From: Longimicrobiales bacterium
GTDB lineage: Bacteria; Gemmatimonadota; Gemmatimonadetes; Longimicrobiales; Gaopeijiaceae
Direction: 5' to 3'
DNA length: 64,000 bases
NCBI GenBank assembly: GCA_963664435.2
Contig: CAXXKM010000003.1
Span: 352,001-416,000 of the forward strand
Shown piece after piece: positions 62,439 through 64,000 of this stretch. The translations under genes and the position numbers were made by a program. The notes beneath the pieces were generated by a model that saw nothing but the letters and a program-made list of their open reading frames with translations, made no database searches and was not told where the DNA came from. Each line of letters begins with the position of its first letter. The stretch's first letter is position 1.

Positions 62439-63387
62439 GGTCCGTGGTACCAGCGCCGATATCCACGATTGCGGTGTATCGGAGACTGTCCGGCAGGATC
62501 GACGCCAATGCCGCTTCCGCGCCCTTCACGGTGGCTGACGACTCCGGGATCAACGCCCACCGCTTGACCTCGAGATCTGGCAAGCCGGTATTCTCTCTTT
62601 CCAGGACGTCCATCCATCTAGTCCAAAGGGCGGAGTAGTCTTCCAAGCGCAGATCATCCGTCTCTGCGAAGTCGACGGCGGCATCGAGAGCCATCTGGAA
62701 TCCTTTCTGGATGGGACCATCGTCGAGTTGCGACACTGGAATGTCGAGATTGTAGTAGAAAGCCACGGAATCCGCACCATACTCTTGTGCCACCAACTGC
62801 CGGACTCGACGGAGCACTGAACCGAGGAAGGCGGCTACAAGGAAGTGGGGGTAGGCAGCGAGGCCTTGCGGCCGCCGAGGTAGTTCGGGCGATGCTGGGT
62901 ATCGAATGTCTCCGTCAGCGCCCAACAGCGTTCGCTTGAGTGAGCGAAACACGATGCCCTTCTGGTGTCGCTCGGCATCGCCACCGAACAGCAAACGAGC
63001 ATCGTCAAGTGCCACGGTCGACGGAAAGCTGAACCGTGAGAATCCGGTCAGGGTGGTACCGAAGTCGATGGCCGATGCCAACCGATCCTTGTCCAACCGG
63101 CGTACGACGACCTTGGTCCCGGAGGTTCCAAAATCGAGACCGATTACTACGACAATGGTCGGAGGAGTCCTTCCAGGAATGGTCGTTTCCGTCGGCCCGG
63201 AAGTGGCCGCTTCGGTCGGCGCGGGAGAGGGCTCCACCGCTGGTTCGGGAGCGGTTGCCTCCGTCGACTTGGGAGTGAACCCCTCCGTTAGCTGGGAAGT
63301 TGCCGTTTCTGCGGATTCAGAAGGTACCGCTGTCCTACGCGAGAAACCAGTGCGAAGAAATCGGCGTAGGGTGCGGAACCAACTCAT
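62437..63387 (-). pseudogene. actin/Hsp70-fold ATPase, 5' part
   Basis: IGLDFGTSGTKV (phosphate 1), IPES.A, IVDIGAGTTDL (phosphate 2) cut at the IS end. Confidence 0.85.
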
Positions 63388-64000
63388 CTTGACTCTCCAA
63401 TTCGAACCACCCCGGCACCAACGAGTTGGGGTTCCATGCTGATGTTCATGTCTCTTTTGAGTTCACTCCGACGAGCTTCATAGTCCTGCAACATGTTTCG
63501 AATCTGACCACGATAAAGACGAATAATGCTCGGAGCCTGCTGCAAGTCTTCCGCGTGTGCGAGCCGCTCCTGGACCCGCCTCAAGTGGGCCTGATGCCTC
63601 TTTTCGAGACTCGCCAGCCGGGTTTGCACAACCGCGCGGTTACGATCCTCAGCGCGCTGCCGGATATCCGAGACGCGAACCTCAAAGGCATCGTATCCGT
63701 GGTCCAAGGCGTGCTCAAGGCCGGGGAAATCCCAATCATCCTCCCGACGGGCGATTCTTCCGTCTCGAATCAGTTCACCTAGAAGGAGTGAACACGCCCC
63801 TTCGTCAAGGACCGCTAACCCCTCGACACCGTTGCGCAGCCGGATGAATATTGCGTCCATTCGCTTACGTTTGGTTCCCGCTTCGATGCGTACGTCAAAT
63901 AGCAGAAAGAGATAGGAGCCCGCGTGGGCATGGCGTGATTGCGCAAGCTCGAACCGGGATACCGGATGAAGCTGGTCGCGGTTATTCCGATAGTATTCGA
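63384..64000 (-). CDS. C-terminus of a larger protein, possibly an SNF2/RapA-like helicase (5' end outside window)
   Basis: frame is open to the window edge; coiled coil then a terminal beta strand; ATGA-coupled to the actin-fold gene; no helicase motifs visible here. Confidence 0.55.
   Translation of the reverse strand, partial: EYYRNNRDQLHPVSRFELAQSRHAHAGSYLFLLFDVRIEAGTKRKRMDAIFIRLRNGVEGLAVLDEGACSLLLGELIRDGRIARREDDWDFPGLEHALDHGYDAFEVRVSDIRQRAEDRNRAVVQTRLASLEKRHQAHLRRVQERLAHAEDLQQAPSIIRLYRGQIRNMLQDYEARRSELKRDMNISMEPQLVGAGVVRIGESR

Overview
High-GC bacterial DNA. The Ig-like lipoproteins, beta-propeller lipoprotein and outer-membrane barrels suggest Gemmatimonadota, which is an inference from gene content only. 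Positions 1-6.4 kb are housekeeping (purQ-purL-purF, a Reeler-like protein, a Vgb-like lyase). A tRNA-Ser(TGA) at 6493-6576 is followed by two tRNA-3'-end-like repeats and then ~57 kb of mosaic accessory/defence island. The island holds an apparently complete type I Zorya operon (zorABCD), a DUF4011-helicase-REase-DUF3320 (Hhe-type) gene, a UvrD helicase behind a decayed OLD-like nuclease, three NucS/PD-(D/E)XK-like nucleases, three pRiA4b ORF-3 genes, four decaying hicAB loci, IS110 and IS3 remnants, and an IS630 that splits an actin/Hsp70-fold gene. The most notable observation is two related small tyrosine-recombinase elements (14051-18175 and 51321-57592). Each has a 7-bp CG-NNN-CG direct-repeat core that differs between copies, conserved ends, no recognisable Rep/relaxase and unrelated cargo. 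They share covarying, highly structured non-coding modules, including a TGTATTAC stem-loop, in permuted order. Element 1 splits an SRPBCC gene and carries a (GGCTC)26 tract that looks like a phase-variation switch.
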